Assembly: GCA_900768135.1 (NCBI GenBank)
Contig: CAAGBT010000055.1
Coordinates: 113,852 to 177,851 of the forward strand
Direction: 5' to 3'
Length of the DNA stretch: 64,000 bases
From: an uncultured Oscillospiraceae bacterium
GTDB lineage: Bacteria; Bacillota; Clostridia; Oscillospirales; Oscillospiraceae
How positions within the stretch are numbered: the first letter of the stretch is position 1; every line of letters begins with the position of its first letter. The notes below the pieces were generated by a model, which was not told the origin of the DNA, searched no databases, and saw only the letters and a list, made by a program, of their open reading frames with translations. Shown one piece after another: positions 11,063 through 20,826 of the stretch. The translations under genes and the position numbers were made by a program.

Positions 11063-12217
11063 ATGGAATTCACACAGGGCGTGCGCTTTGATACGCTGGG
11101 ACTGACCAACGAGGTGCAGCGCGCGCTGAAAAAGAAAAACATTGAAGAAAGCACTCCCGTGCAGGCGGGCTGCATCCCGCCGATGCGTGAGTGGAAGGAC
11201 GTGATCGCCAAGGCGCCCACCGGCACGGGCAAGACCTTTGCCTTCGGCATTCCCATTGTGGAACACATCGAGCCGGGCAGCGAGGAGACCGAGGCGGTCA
11301 TCCTTGCTCCTACGCGCGAGCTTGCCATGCAGATCACCGCCGAGCTGCGCGACCTGTGCGTGTATCTTCCGGGCGTGCGCATCGTGTGCCTGTATGGCGG
11401 CGCGCCCATCGGCAAGCAGATCGACGCGCTCAAAAAGCACCCGCAGATCGTCGTTGCGACGCCGGGCCGCCTGAGCGACCACATGAAGCGCCGCACCGTC
11501 AAGCTCGATAACGTTAAGACCGTGGTGCTTGACGAGGCCGACCGGATGCTCGATATGGGCTTCATCCACGATGTAACGCGCATTCTGGACAAGCTCAGGA
11601 GCCGCCGCAACCTCGGTATGTTCTCCGCCACGATCTCGCGCGAGGTCATGGACATCAGCTGGATGTATCAGCGCGATCCCGAGGAGATCACGGTGCAGGC
11701 GAAGGAGGAGAACAAGCCGGACATCGCGCAGTACCGTATCGATGTGGGGCAGAACGACAAGGCACACGTTATGGCGCAGATCATCCGCTCGGAGGGACTG
11801 GAGCGCGTGATGGCGTTCTGCAACACCAAGGGCATGGCCGAGCGGCTCAAGGCGTTCCTCATGATGGAGGGGCTGGATGTGGACTGCATCCACGGCGACA
11901 TCCCGCAGAAAAAGCGCGAGGCCGTGATGGCGCGCTTCCGCCGCGGCGAGCTGCCGGTCTTTGTTGCGACCGACGTTGCCGCGCGCGGCATCGATGTGGA
12001 CGATGTGGACGCGGTGTTCAACTACGATGTGCCGCAGGAGAACGAGTACTACGTTCACCGCATCGGGCGCACGGGGCGCGCAAAGCGCCGCGGCGCGGCC
12101 TACACGCTGGTGGCGGACTATCCTTCCGGGATGCGGCTGGATGCCATTGCCAAATTCACGGGCAATGAGATCAAACGGGCGCACCTGAACGAGGACGGCA
12201 AACTGACGGAAGACTGA
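11063..12217 (+). CDS. DEAD-box ATP-dependent RNA helicase (minimal two-RecA-domain form)
   Basis: All helicase motifs are present: Q motif, AxTGTGKT, PTRELA, DEAD, SAT and HRIGRTGR. The protein is 384 aa with no C-terminal extension. Confidence 0.85.
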   Translation: MEFTQGVRFDTLGLTNEVQRALKKKNIEESTPVQAGCIPPMREWKDVIAKAPTGTGKTFAFGIPIVEHIEPGSEETEAVILAPTRELAMQITAELRDLCVYLPGVRIVCLYGGAPIGKQIDALKKHPQIVVATPGRLSDHMKRRTVKLDNVKTVVLDEADRMLDMGFIHDVTRILDKLRSRRNLGMFSATISREVMDISWMYQRDPEEITVQAKEENKPDIAQYRIDVGQNDKAHVMAQIIRSEGLERVMAFCNTKGMAERLKAFLMMEGLDVDCIHGDIPQKKREAVMARFRRGELPVFVATDVAARGIDVDDVDAVFNYDVPQENEYYVHRIGRTGRAKRRGAAYTLVADYPSGMRLDAIAKFTGNEIKRAHLNEDGKLTED

Positions 12218-12230
12218 AGCAAAAGCAGAG

Positions 12231-12263
12231 AGAGCGGAGACTGCGGCCTCCGCTCTGTTTTTG
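12231..12263 (+). terminator. Rho-independent terminator after the helicase gene
   Basis: AGAGCGGAG-actgcggc-CTCCGCTCT followed by GTTTTTG. Confidence 0.6.
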
Positions 12264-12305
12264 TGCCGGAGATAGTAACAAATTGTAACTTTTCGCGCTC
12301 TTTAC

Positions 12306-12334
12306 TTTACAAGACCGGGGAAATTCGCTATAAT
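12306..12334 (+). promoter_or_regulatory. Sigma-A-type promoter (TTTACA-17-TATAAT) for the substrate-binding protein gene
   Basis: The spacing is exactly 17 nt with consensus hexamers, about 60 nt upstream of the start codon. Confidence 0.4.
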
Positions 12335-12394
12335 ATCCCCTGCATGATAAAAATGGGGCGGTGTTTTGCCGCGCTGGCTATAACAGGAGAGCCT

Positions 12395-14041
12395 ATGAAA
12401 AAGTTTGATCGGATCGCCGGGCTGGCGCTCGGCGCAGTGCTGCTGCTGGGACTGCTGTCCGGCTGCGGCGGAAAGCAGACGGACGAGGAGCCGTTCGTCC
12501 TGCGCGCAAGCGTATGCCGCGCGCTGGATTCGCTGGATCCTGCAATGAATGTCGATAGCGATGCGGACAGCATTTTTTATGCCCTGTATGAAAACCTGAT
12601 GCGCATGAGCGACGACGGCAGCGGTCGCGCCGTGCTTGCAAACGGCATGGCAAAGGAATACACCGAAGAGGTCAACTACGACGGCACGGTGACGTACCGC
12701 TTTACGCTGCGCTCGAGCGCGCGCTGGTCGGACGGGGAAAAGGTGACGGCGGACGACTTTGTCTACGCCTGGCAGCGCCTGGCGGATCCCGCGACCGCTT
12801 CGCCCAATCATACGCTGATGCGCGTGGTCGCCGGTTACGATGAGGTGCGCGAGAGCGGCGACAGGACGAAGCTCCAGGTCTCGGCGAAGAATGAGACTAC
12901 CTTCTGCGTGACGCTTTCCGCGCCCTGCGCGTATTTTATCGAGAGTATCTGCACGGCGGTTGCCACGATGCCGCTGCGCCGCGACCTTACGGCGGACGGC
13001 GCGGTTTTTTCCAGCACGGATATTGTGACCAACGGCGCATACTGCGTTGGCACATGGGTAAAGGCCAGCTCGCTGACCGCCAGGCGGAACGAACAGTATT
13101 ACGAGTCAAAGCTCGTGGGGCCGGATACGCTGCAGTTCCTCTTTGCCGAGGATACGCAGTCGGCGTGGGCGCTTTATGAGGAGGGTAAGGTCGATTATGT
13201 TTCCCACCTGCCCGAGAGCGTGATTGAGGAGCTTTCGCAGAGCGACAGCTGGCAGGCGACCAACATTTACGCCACCTGCTGCGTGCTGTACAACAACCAG
13301 ACGGATCTGTTTTCCAACGAGCATATCCGCAAGGCGTTTGACCTTGCCATTGACCGCGCGGCGGCTGCGGCGGCGGGCGGCGCGGAAAACCGGCCCGCAA
13401 CGGGACTGGTGCCTTACGGCATCGCCGATTCCGGCGAGACGGAGGAAGACTACCGGACGACGGGCGGCGAGCTGTGTCCGGCCGACGAAGAGGGGCTTGC
13501 CGCGCGGTGGGAAGAGGCGAAAACCGAACTGACTTTTGCCGGGTATTACAGCACGAGTATGTTCCCACCGGTCGAACTCCTGTATGCGGAGGGGACTGAA
13601 AGCGATGCGGTAGCGCTTGCGCTGCAGACGATGTGGCGCGATGCGCTGGGCGTGAACGTGATGCTGCGCAGCGTGACGCAGGAGGAATACGACGCGCGCA
13701 TGGCGGAGGGAAATTATGAACTCGCCATGCAGAAGATCGTTGCGCAGTACAACGATGCGATGAGCTTTCTCGACCGCTGGTGCGCCGGGGAGGCGCAGAA
13801 TCTGATCGGCTACGACAACGGTACCTATGATGTGCTGCTCGGCGTTGCCAAGGCGTCGGAAAATCTGGTGGCGCGCGTCGCGTTCCTGCATGACGCGGAA
13901 TCCATGCTGCTGGAGGATACGGCGCTCTCGCCGGTGTATTTCGACGGGACGGCGCATCTGCTGCGCGAAGGGCTGCGCGGCGACTTCAGCGACGGCTTCG
14001 GCAACAGCTATCTGTCCGGCGTACGGATGGATGCGGAATAA
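12395..14041 (+). CDS. ABC transporter substrate-binding lipoprotein, family 5 (oligopeptide/dipeptide/nickel type), orphan
   Basis: Signal peptide with lipobox (LLSGCGG). Its length and sequence are typical of the SBP_bac_5 family. No adjacent permease or ATPase genes are present. Confidence 0.75.
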   Translation: MKKFDRIAGLALGAVLLLGLLSGCGGKQTDEEPFVLRASVCRALDSLDPAMNVDSDADSIFYALYENLMRMSDDGSGRAVLANGMAKEYTEEVNYDGTVTYRFTLRSSARWSDGEKVTADDFVYAWQRLADPATASPNHTLMRVVAGYDEVRESGDRTKLQVSAKNETTFCVTLSAPCAYFIESICTAVATMPLRRDLTADGAVFSSTDIVTNGAYCVGTWVKASSLTARRNEQYYESKLVGPDTLQFLFAEDTQSAWALYEEGKVDYVSHLPESVIEELSQSDSWQATNIYATCCVLYNNQTDLFSNEHIRKAFDLAIDRAAAAAAGGAENRPATGLVPYGIADSGETEEDYRTTGGELCPADEEGLAARWEEAKTELTFAGYYSTSMFPPVELLYAEGTESDAVALALQTMWRDALGVNVMLRSVTQEEYDARMAEGNYELAMQKIVAQYNDAMSFLDRWCAGEAQNLIGYDNGTYDVLLGVAKASENLVARVAFLHDAESMLLEDTALSPVYFDGTAHLLREGLRGDFSDGFGNSYLSGVRMDAE

Positions 14042-14053
14042 GCTTCGGCGCCG

Positions 14054-14096
14054 CAGGCGGCGGCTTCTCCTCGGAGGGGCTGCCGCCTGCTTTTTT
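14054..14096 (+). terminator. Rho-independent terminator
   Basis: GCAGGCGGC...GCCGCCTGC stem followed by TTTTTT. Confidence 0.6.
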
Positions 14097-14219
14097 GCTT
14101 TTGAACACGGCCCTTTGCCGGAGCGGAAGAAAAAGCTTGCTTTCTGTGCGGAAACGGGCTACAATACAGCATTTGGGCGGCTGCGCCGTCCGCGATCCTG
14201 TTTTTACGAGGAGATTTTT

Positions 14220-15551
14220 ATGACAGCCATTCTGAATTTAGCCGTGGCGCTGCTTGCGGGGCTTTTGATGACGCGGATCTTCAGCCGCTGGCACCTGCCC
14301 GATGTTACCGCGTTTCTTGTTACCGGCGTTCTGATCGGCCCGTTTGTACTCGGGCGGCTGGGCGTACCGGGGCTGGGCTTTTCCAGCTACGATGAAGTAG
14401 AGGCGCTGAGCGTGATCTCCGATGTGGCAATGGGCTTTATCGCCTTTTCCATCGGCAATGAGTTCCGCATCAGCCAGCTGAAAAAGACCGGCAGACAGGC
14501 GATGATCATCGGCGTTTTGCAGGCGCTTGCCGCCATGGTGTTTGTTGATATCACGCTTCTTGCGGTCCATTTCCTGCGGCCCGATGTACTCTCGGTCCCT
14601 GCGGCGATCACGCTGGGCGCGATCGCCACGGCCACCGCGCCCGCGACCACGCTGATGGTCGTGCGTCAGTACAAGGCAAAGGGGGAGCTGACAGATCTGC
14701 TGCTGCCCATCGTCGCACTCGACGATGCGGTGGGGCTGGTGGCGTTTGCCGTGTCGTTCGGCATTGCCCGCGCCATGGACAGCACGCAGCTGAGCGCTGC
14801 AAGCATTCTGCTCTCGCCGATGATCGAGATCTTTGGGTCGCTGCTGCTTGGCGCGGCTGCGGGATTTGTTCTTACAAAGCTTGAAACCATGTTTCACTCC
14901 AATTCCAACCGCCTTTCGCTGAGCATTGCATTCATCTTTCTGATGGTCGGGCTTTCTTCGCTCGATTTTACGGCAGGCGGGGTCGAGTGCGGCTTTTCGC
15001 CGCTTCTGGTCTGCATGATGCTCGGCACGGTGTTCTGCAATATCTGCCCGCTGTCGGACGATCTGATGGGCCGCGCGGACAAATGGAGCACGCCGATGCT
15101 TGCGGTGTTCTTTGTCATCAGCGGCGCGAACCTGCGGCTGAGCGTTTTTTCCCAGAGCGTGCTGGTGCTGATCGGCGTGGTGTATATCATTGCGCGCTCG
15201 GCAGGAAAATACCTTGGCGCGCGCTGGTCGGCCAAAGGCGTGGGCTGCGACCATACCGTGCAGAAATACCTTGGCGTTATGCTGCTGCCGCAGGAGGGCG
15301 TGGCGCTCGGTATGTGCGTGAGCGCGCAGGCGCTGGGAGCAGACGGCGCGCTGATCCGCAATATCATTCTCTTCTCTGTGCTGGTTTATGAGCTGGTCGG
15401 CCCGCTGGCGACGAAGGAATCGCTCAAGGCGGCCGGCGCGATCACCGAAAAGCCGAAAGAGGTGCTGGAGCGCCGCGAGCGCAAGCTTGCGGCGGCAGAG
15501 CCGCGCGAGCTGCTGGAGCGCCGAAAGGCGCGCCGGGAAAGCCGGCGGTAA
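14220..15551 (+). CDS. Cation:proton antiporter (CPA family Na+/H+ exchanger)
   Basis: Polytopic membrane protein starting MTAILNLAVALLAGLLMTRIFSRWHLPDVTAFLVTGVLIGPF, which is the Na_H_Exchanger signature. It has a GAGGAG RBS and a candidate TTGCTT-17-TACAAT promoter at 14137..14165. Confidence 0.8.
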   Translation: MTAILNLAVALLAGLLMTRIFSRWHLPDVTAFLVTGVLIGPFVLGRLGVPGLGFSSYDEVEALSVISDVAMGFIAFSIGNEFRISQLKKTGRQAMIIGVLQALAAMVFVDITLLAVHFLRPDVLSVPAAITLGAIATATAPATTLMVVRQYKAKGELTDLLLPIVALDDAVGLVAFAVSFGIARAMDSTQLSAASILLSPMIEIFGSLLLGAAAGFVLTKLETMFHSNSNRLSLSIAFIFLMVGLSSLDFTAGGVECGFSPLLVCMMLGTVFCNICPLSDDLMGRADKWSTPMLAVFFVISGANLRLSVFSQSVLVLIGVVYIIARSAGKYLGARWSAKGVGCDHTVQKYLGVMLLPQEGVALGMCVSAQALGADGALIRNIILFSVLVYELVGPLATKESLKAAGAITEKPKEVLERRERKLAAAEPRELLERRKARRESRR

Positions 15552-15569
15552 AAACCGAATTTCCAGAAA

Positions 15570-15597
15570 AAGAGCCGCAACGCGGCTCTTTTCTTTG
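15570..15597 (+). terminator. Rho-independent terminator
   Basis: AAGAGCCGC-aac-GCGGCTCTT followed by TTCTTTG. Confidence 0.55.
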
Positions 15598-15647
15598 CTC
15601 TATTTGGAACTTTTTGTGAATTTATGCGTCTAATCAGGAAAGCGCAC

Positions 15648-15677
15648 TTGACATAACTTGTGCGGATTCTGTAGAAT
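15648..15677 (+). promoter_or_regulatory. Sigma-A-type promoter (TTGACA-18-TAGAAT)
   Basis: Consensus -35 and good -10 hexamers about 40 nt upstream of the SH3b gene start. Confidence 0.4.
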
Positions 15678-15715
15678 AAAACCGAGAAACAAACTCTATC
15701 GGGGAGGTATGAAAT

Positions 15716-16441
15716 ATGGAAGGTCGTCGGGTCAGCCGCCGCAGGCCGCGCCGCAATCCGCTGTATGTGCTGTTTATGGCGCTGCTTGCCGCTGCGGTCA
15801 TCCTGCTTATTACAGCGATCGTGCTGGGAGCAAAGCTTCGAAGCGCCCGCAGCGCCCTTGCCGAGGCGCAGACGAAGATCGAGCAGCTGCAAAACGGCGG
15901 CTCGCAGCAGGCTGGGGAGCCGGACTACGGTGATGGCGCGCAGACGGGCGGCGAGGAGAGCGATCCGTCAGGCAGCGGAGATGCGCCGCAGTCGGACGGC
16001 GCACCGGCCGGCAGCGCGAGCGGCGATGTGATCGACTGGCTGGATCTGAGCGGCCACAGCGAGGTCGCGGTCAAGCCCGGATCGGTGTATGACAAGTATT
16101 ATGTTTACTATACTACCAACGGCGTGAATCTGCGCGGCGGGCCGGGAACGAGCTACGACCGGGTGAAGCTTCTTGACCTTGGCACAGAGGTCAAGGCGGC
16201 CGCCAAGCAGGACGGATGGACGTTTGTCTCCGCGGACGGAAAATTCGGCTGGATCAATTCCGACTATCTTTCCACTACGCGGCCCGAGCCGCAGAGACCG
16301 TCTGAGCCGGAGCGCTCCGCTTCGTCCGGATCGGGAGCGGACAGCTCTGCTGCCGGCAGCTCCGATGCCGCTGGCGCGCCGGCAGACGGCGCTGCTTCCG
16401 GCGGCGATGAGATCCCCGACTGGCTCAAGACGGGCAACTGA
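15716..16441 (+). CDS. Membrane-anchored protein with a bacterial SH3 (SH3b) domain and low-complexity G/S/A-rich linkers
   Basis: N-terminal transmembrane helix. The core SH3_3-like region is VNLRGGPGTSYDRVKLLDLGTEVKAAAKQDGWTFVSADGKFGWINSDYL. The start is preceded by GGGGAGG. Confidence 0.7.
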   Translation: MEGRRVSRRRPRRNPLYVLFMALLAAAVILLITAIVLGAKLRSARSALAEAQTKIEQLQNGGSQQAGEPDYGDGAQTGGEESDPSGSGDAPQSDGAPAGSASGDVIDWLDLSGHSEVAVKPGSVYDKYYVYYTTNGVNLRGGPGTSYDRVKLLDLGTEVKAAAKQDGWTFVSADGKFGWINSDYLSTTRPEPQRPSEPERSASSGSGADSSAAGSSDAAGAPADGAASGGDEIPDWLKTGN

Positions 16442-16452
16442 GCAAAAAACAA

Positions 16453-16487
16453 AAGGGAACGGGAGGAAAGTCCCGTTCCCTTTTTTT
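16453..16487. terminator. Bidirectional rho-independent terminator between convergent genes
   Basis: GGGAACGGGA-ggaaag-TCCCGTTCCC with an A-tract upstream and a T-tract downstream. Confidence 0.6.
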
Positions 16488-16489
16488 CG

Positions 16490-16873
16490 TCAATGCAGCT
16501 TGCAGCTGCCGCAGTCCATGGAGCAGGTGTGTCCATGCCCGCAGGCGTTGCAGCTGTTGTCCGGGTCGAACACCACCGTGCCGCTGAGAAACGCAAGCGC
16601 GGCGTCGTCCGCCCTGCCGGCGGCGTTGGGAAAGAGCATGATGCCGGCGAGTCCGGCTTCGCGCCTTTCGCTCTCGCTTACTGCGCCGCAGATCAGCGCA
16701 TCGATGCCGTAGCGCTCCAGCAGCCTGATGGCGGCGTCTGTGCCGCTGCCCTCCATCGGCACGAGGAACTGGCGCACGATCCTGCCGTGGTCGTCCTCGT
16801 AGAAACGAAAGGCTTCCGCGCCGCCGAGGGGGGAGAAGACCTCCTCGCCTGCAATGGGGATGGCAATGCGCAT
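16490..16873 (-). CDS. NifX/NifB-family (dinitrogenase FeMo-cofactor-binding fold) small protein with a C-terminal Cys/His-rich tail
   Basis: Starts MRIAIPIAGEEVFSPLGGAEAFRFYE, preceded by AAGGAGG. The tail reads DNSCNACGHGHTCSMDCGSCKLH. The RBS overlaps the xfp stop codon, indicating translational coupling. Confidence 0.6.
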   Translation of the reverse strand: MRIAIPIAGEEVFSPLGGAEAFRFYEDDHGRIVRQFLVPMEGSGTDAAIRLLERYGIDALICGAVSESERREAGLAGIMLFPNAAGRADDAALAFLSGTVVFDPDNSCNACGHGHTCSMDCGSCKLH

Positions 16874-16887
16874 AGCGGTTCCTCCTT

Positions 16888-19302
16888 TTATTCTTCGATT
16901 CCCTTGCCGTTGTTCCACTTCCACGCGCGCACCTCAGGCAGGTCAACGCCGTGGTCGCGGATATACTGGCGGTGTTCCACGAGCTTGTCGTTCATCTTCT
17001 GGATGAGGTAGGCGCCGCGATTGCCCAGCTGCGGCAGGCGGCGCACCGTGTCGATGACGAGATCGAAGCGGTCGATATCATTGAGAACACGCATATCGAA
17101 CGGCGTGGTGATGGTGCCTTCCTCCTTGTAGCCGCGCACATGGAGATTGCGGTTGCGGCGGCGGTAGGTCAGCTCATGGATCAGCGTGGGATAGCCGTGG
17201 TAGGCGAAGATGATGGGCTTGTCCTTCGTAAAGAGCGTGTCGTATTCTTCGTCGGTCAGACCGTGTGGATGCTCGGTGTGCGGCTGGAGCTTCATCAGAT
17301 CCACCACGTTCACCACGCGGATCTTCAGCTCCGGCAGCGCGCGGCGCAGGATCGTTACGGCGGCCAGCGTTTCCAGCGTCGGCGTATCGCCGCAGCACGC
17401 CATCACAACGTCCGGCTCCTGTCCCTGGTCGTTCGACGCCCATTCCCAGATGCCGATGCCCTGCGTGCAGTGCTTGACGGCCTGCTCCATCGTCAGCCAC
17501 TGCGGACGCGGATGCTTGCTCGCAACGATGACGTTCACATAGTTGCGGCTTTTGATGCAGTGGTCAAAGCAGGAGAGCAGGCAGTTGGCGTCGGGCGGCA
17601 GATACATCCGCACAACGTCCGCCTTCTTGTTCGCCACATGGTCGAGAAAGCCCGGATCCTGATGCGTAAAGCCGTTGTGATCCTGCTGCCAGACGTTGGA
17701 GGCGAGAATATAGTTCAGCGATGCGATATCCTGCCGCCACGGAAGCTCGCTGCACATCTTGAGCCACTTGGCGTGCTGGGAGAACATGGAATCCACAATG
17801 CGGATGAAGGCCTCGTAGCTGTCGAAAAAGCCGTGGCGGCCCGTGAGCAGGTAGCCTTCGAGGAAGCCCTCGCAGAAATGCTCGGAGAGCATGGAATCCA
17901 TTACGCGGCCGTCGGGGTCAAGATGCTCGTCGATCCCTTCGACCTGCGGGTCGAGGAAGCGGCGGCCCGTGACGTCGAACACGGCCTGCAAGCGGTTGGA
18001 CGCCGTCTCGTCGGGCGCGAAGATGCGGAAGTTGCGCGACTCCATGTTGAGCTTCATCACATCGCGCACATAGGTGCCGAGGACGTACATATCCTGCGCC
18101 TCCACCGCGCCGGGGGAGGGAACATCCACCGCATAGCTGCGGAAATCCGGTGTGCGCAGATCGCGCAGGAGAAGGCCGCCGTTGGCGTGCGGGTTCGCGC
18201 CCATGCGGCGGCTGCCCTTGGGCGGGAAGGATGCGATCAGCTCCACGGGCGTGCCGTCGGCATTGAAAAGCTCCTCGGGCTTATAGGAGCGCAGCCACTG
18301 CTCCAGCAGCGGCAGGTGCTTTTTCGTGTCCGTACCCAGCGAGATGGGAACCTGGTGGGCGCGCCAGCTGCCCTCTACGGCATTTCCGTCTACCTCCTTC
18401 GGCCCTGTCCAGCCCTTGGGCGTGCGCAGCACCAGCATCGGCCAGCGCGGACGGCTTGCCTTGCCGCTCTCGCGCGCGGCGCGCTGGATGCGTTTGATCT
18501 CGCGGATGGCCCAGTCAAGCGCGGCCGCCATCTGCTGGTGCATCGTCTCGGGTTCGTCGCCCTCGACAAAGCGCGGTTCCCAGCCGCAGCCGCGGAAAAA
18601 GCTTTCGACCTCCTCGCGGCTCATGCGGGAGAAAATCGTCGGGTTTGCGATCTTGAAGCCGTTGAGGTGCAGGATCGGCAGCACCGCGCCGTCGGTGATC
18701 GGGTTCATGAACTTGTTGCCGTGCCAGGATGTGGCGAGCGGACCCGTCTCGGCCTCGCCGTCGCCGACGACGCAGGCGGCGATCAGGCTGGGGTTATCTG
18801 CCACAGCGCCGAAGGCGTGGGCAAGGGAGTAGCCCAGCTCGCCGCCCTCGTGGATGGAGCCGGGCGTTTCGGGTGCAACGTGGCTCGGGATGCCGCCGGG
18901 AAAGGAGAAACGCTTGAAGAGCTTCTGCATTCCCTCCTTGTCGCGCGTGATATTGGGATAGACCTCGGTATAGCTGCCGTCCAGCCAGTCCTGCGCGACC
19001 ATGGCGTTGCCGCCGTGACCGGGACCGGAGAGATAGATCATATCGAGATCGTCGCGCTTGATGACGCGGTTGAGGTGCGTATAGATAAAATTCTGCCCCG
19101 GACAGGTTCCCCAATGGCCAACGATGGTCTGTTTCAGGTCGCTTTCGCAAAGCGGGCGCTCCAGCAGCGGATTATCGAGAAGATACAGCTGGCAGGCTGT
19201 CAGATAGTTTGCGGCGCGCCAATAGGCGTCGATCTGCTTGAGTTCCTGCGCTGACAGCGGCGGCTTTTTGGAGAGCCTTGCGGCTGCTTTCGGTGCGGGC
19301 AT
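16888..19302 (-). CDS. xfp: Xylulose-5-phosphate / fructose-6-phosphate phosphoketolase
   Basis: About 805-aa TPP-dependent phosphoketolase (..[20 protein letters not shown]..). The start MPAPKAA is preceded by AAGGAGG. Confidence 0.9.
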   Translation of the reverse strand: MPAPKAAARLSKKPPLSAQELKQIDAYWRAANYLTACQLYLLDNPLLERPLCESDLKQTIVGHWGTCPGQNFIYTHLNRVIKRDDLDMIYLSGPGHGGNAMVAQDWLDGSYTEVYPNITRDKEGMQKLFKRFSFPGGIPSHVAPETPGSIHEGGELGYSLAHAFGAVADNPSLIAACVVGDGEAETGPLATSWHGNKFMNPITDGAVLPILHLNGFKIANPTIFSRMSREEVESFFRGCGWEPRFVEGDEPETMHQQMAAALDWAIREIKRIQRAARESGKASRPRWPMLVLRTPKGWTGPKEVDGNAVEGSWRAHQVPISLGTDTKKHLPLLEQWLRSYKPEELFNADGTPVELIASFPPKGSRRMGANPHANGGLLLRDLRTPDFRSYAVDVPSPGAVEAQDMYVLGTYVRDVMKLNMESRNFRIFAPDETASNRLQAVFDVTGRRFLDPQVEGIDEHLDPDGRVMDSMLSEHFCEGFLEGYLLTGRHGFFDSYEAFIRIVDSMFSQHAKWLKMCSELPWRQDIASLNYILASNVWQQDHNGFTHQDPGFLDHVANKKADVVRMYLPPDANCLLSCFDHCIKSRNYVNVIVASKHPRPQWLTMEQAVKHCTQGIGIWEWASNDQGQEPDVVMACCGDTPTLETLAAVTILRRALPELKIRVVNVVDLMKLQPHTEHPHGLTDEEYDTLFTKDKPIIFAYHGYPTLIHELTYRRRNRNLHVRGYKEEGTITTPFDMRVLNDIDRFDLVIDTVRRLPQLGNRGAYLIQKMNDKLVEHRQYIRDHGVDLPEVRAWKWNNGKGIEE

Positions 19303-19509
19303 GAAAATACCTCCTTTTAAAATGGTTAAGCTTAGTATATCGCTTGCAGATGAAAAATCAAGCAAGCGCAAACAAAGTTCATAAAAAAGAAAGAATTTCC
19401 CGGTTAAGCGGCTGCTTAACCGGCAGAATCCGCTTGCAAATGGGCGGAGAATATGGTAGAAAGAAGGCGGCAGCGCCCTGTGTGGGCGCGGAACGGGAGG
19501 GAACAGGCC

Positions 19510-20718
19510 GTGAGCGTAAAAAAGTGCATCATCGCGTCGGATTCCTTTAAGGGTACGATCTCCAGCGGGGAGATCTGCCGCATTGCGCGCGAATGCGCAC
19601 GCCTGACCGCGCCGGAGCTGGAGCTTGTGACCATTCCCATAGCGGACGGCGGCGAGGGGACGGCGGACTGCTTTCTGGCCGCCTGCGGCGGCGTGCGGCG
19701 GGAGCTGCCGGTCACAGGACCCTTTGGCGAACCGGTGCGCGCGTCATACGCGCTGCTGCCCGGCGGCACGGCGGTGATCGAGCTTGCGGCCTGCGCGGGG
19801 CTTCCGCTGGCGGGGAAGCGCAGCGACCCCTGCCGGACAACGACTTACGGCGTGGGCGAGCTGATGCGGGACGCGCTTGCGCACGGCGCGCGGCGCATTC
19901 TGCTTGGGCTTGGCGGGAGCTGCACGAACGATGGCGGCTGCGGTGCGGCCGCCGCGCTCGGCGCGGTGTTCCGCGATGCGGAGGGACGGCCGTTTGTTCC
20001 GGTGGGCGGCACGCTTGCGCGCATCGCCTCGATCGACCTGACCGGACTGAAAAAGACCATGGGCGGCGTGCCGGTCGCTGCGATGTGCGATGTGGACAAT
20101 CCACTGTTCGGCCCGCGCGGCGCGGCCTATGTGTTTGCGCCGCAGAAGGGAGCGGATGCTGCGGCAGTCAGGCGGCTTGACGGCGGCCTGCGCGCGCTGG
20201 ATGCGGCGATGCGCCGTTCGCTCGGCCGTTCGGCGGCGAAGCAGGCGGGCGCGGGGGCAGCCGGCGGATTCGGCGCTGGCGCATCGGCTTTTTTCGGCGG
20301 CGTGCTGCTGCGTGGGATCGATGCAGTGCTGAATGAAACCGGATTTGACCGCGCGCTGGCCGGCTGCGGTCTGGTCGTTACCGGCGAGGGCAGGCTGGAC
20401 GAACAGAGCCTGCACGGCAAGGCCGTAAGCGGTGTGGCGGCGCGGGCGAAGGCGGCGGGAGTGCCGGTGCTGGCCCTTGTTGGAAGCATGGAAGCGGGAG
20501 CGGCGGAAAAGGCGCGCGAGATCGGCGTGTACGCGGTGCGCAGCATCAACGGCAGCGGCGACAGCTCCGCGCAGGCGATGGCGCACGCGGCGGAGAATTA
20601 CCGCCGCTGCATTTCGGAGGTCTTCCGCGCGCTGCATAAGGGAGCGCTTCCGGGCGATGCGGCGTCTTTGACAGAAGGACCGATGGGTAAAAATGACAGA
20701 TATACCCTTAAAATCTGA
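19510..20718 (+). CDS. Glycerate kinase (GlxK/GarK family)
   Basis: [28 protein letters not shown] are the glycerate kinase motifs. A GTG start follows GGGAGGG. Confidence 0.8.
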   Translation: MSVKKCIIASDSFKGTISSGEICRIARECARLTAPELELVTIPIADGGEGTADCFLAACGGVRRELPVTGPFGEPVRASYALLPGGTAVIELAACAGLPLAGKRSDPCRTTTYGVGELMRDALAHGARRILLGLGGSCTNDGGCGAAAALGAVFRDAEGRPFVPVGGTLARIASIDLTGLKKTMGGVPVAAMCDVDNPLFGPRGAAYVFAPQKGADAAAVRRLDGGLRALDAAMRRSLGRSAAKQAGAGAAGGFGAGASAFFGGVLLRGIDAVLNETGFDRALAGCGLVVTGEGRLDEQSLHGKAVSGVAARAKAAGVPVLALVGSMEAGAAEKAREIGVYAVRSINGSGDSSAQAMAHAAENYRRCISEVFRALHKGALPGDAASLTEGPMGKNDRYTLKI

Positions 20719-20826
20719 TAATTATCGCGTTGTATTTTGCTCCGTTCTCGGATATACTGTTCTGCAAAACCGGGCAGGCGGCGCAGCGGCGTTCCCTGCC
20801 GGAACACCGCGCAGAACAGGGGGGAT

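Noticed and set aside
12263-12394. N-terminal extension of the family-5 SBP ORF, and similar long extensions of the antiporter (13827), HK (28638), RR (30287), HAD (35619), manA (36334), ftsQ (39869) and spo0A (43505) ORFs
   Set aside because: High-GC genomes yield long stop-free stretches. Internal starts with an RBS, signal peptides, or conserved N-termini were preferred.
20719-20826. Mg2+ riboswitch (M-box) upstream of the MgtC-family gene
   Set aside because: Only about 108 nt is available and none of the M-box conserved stretches are present. Only a single 8-bp hairpin (CCGGGCAGG..CCTGCCGG) is seen.
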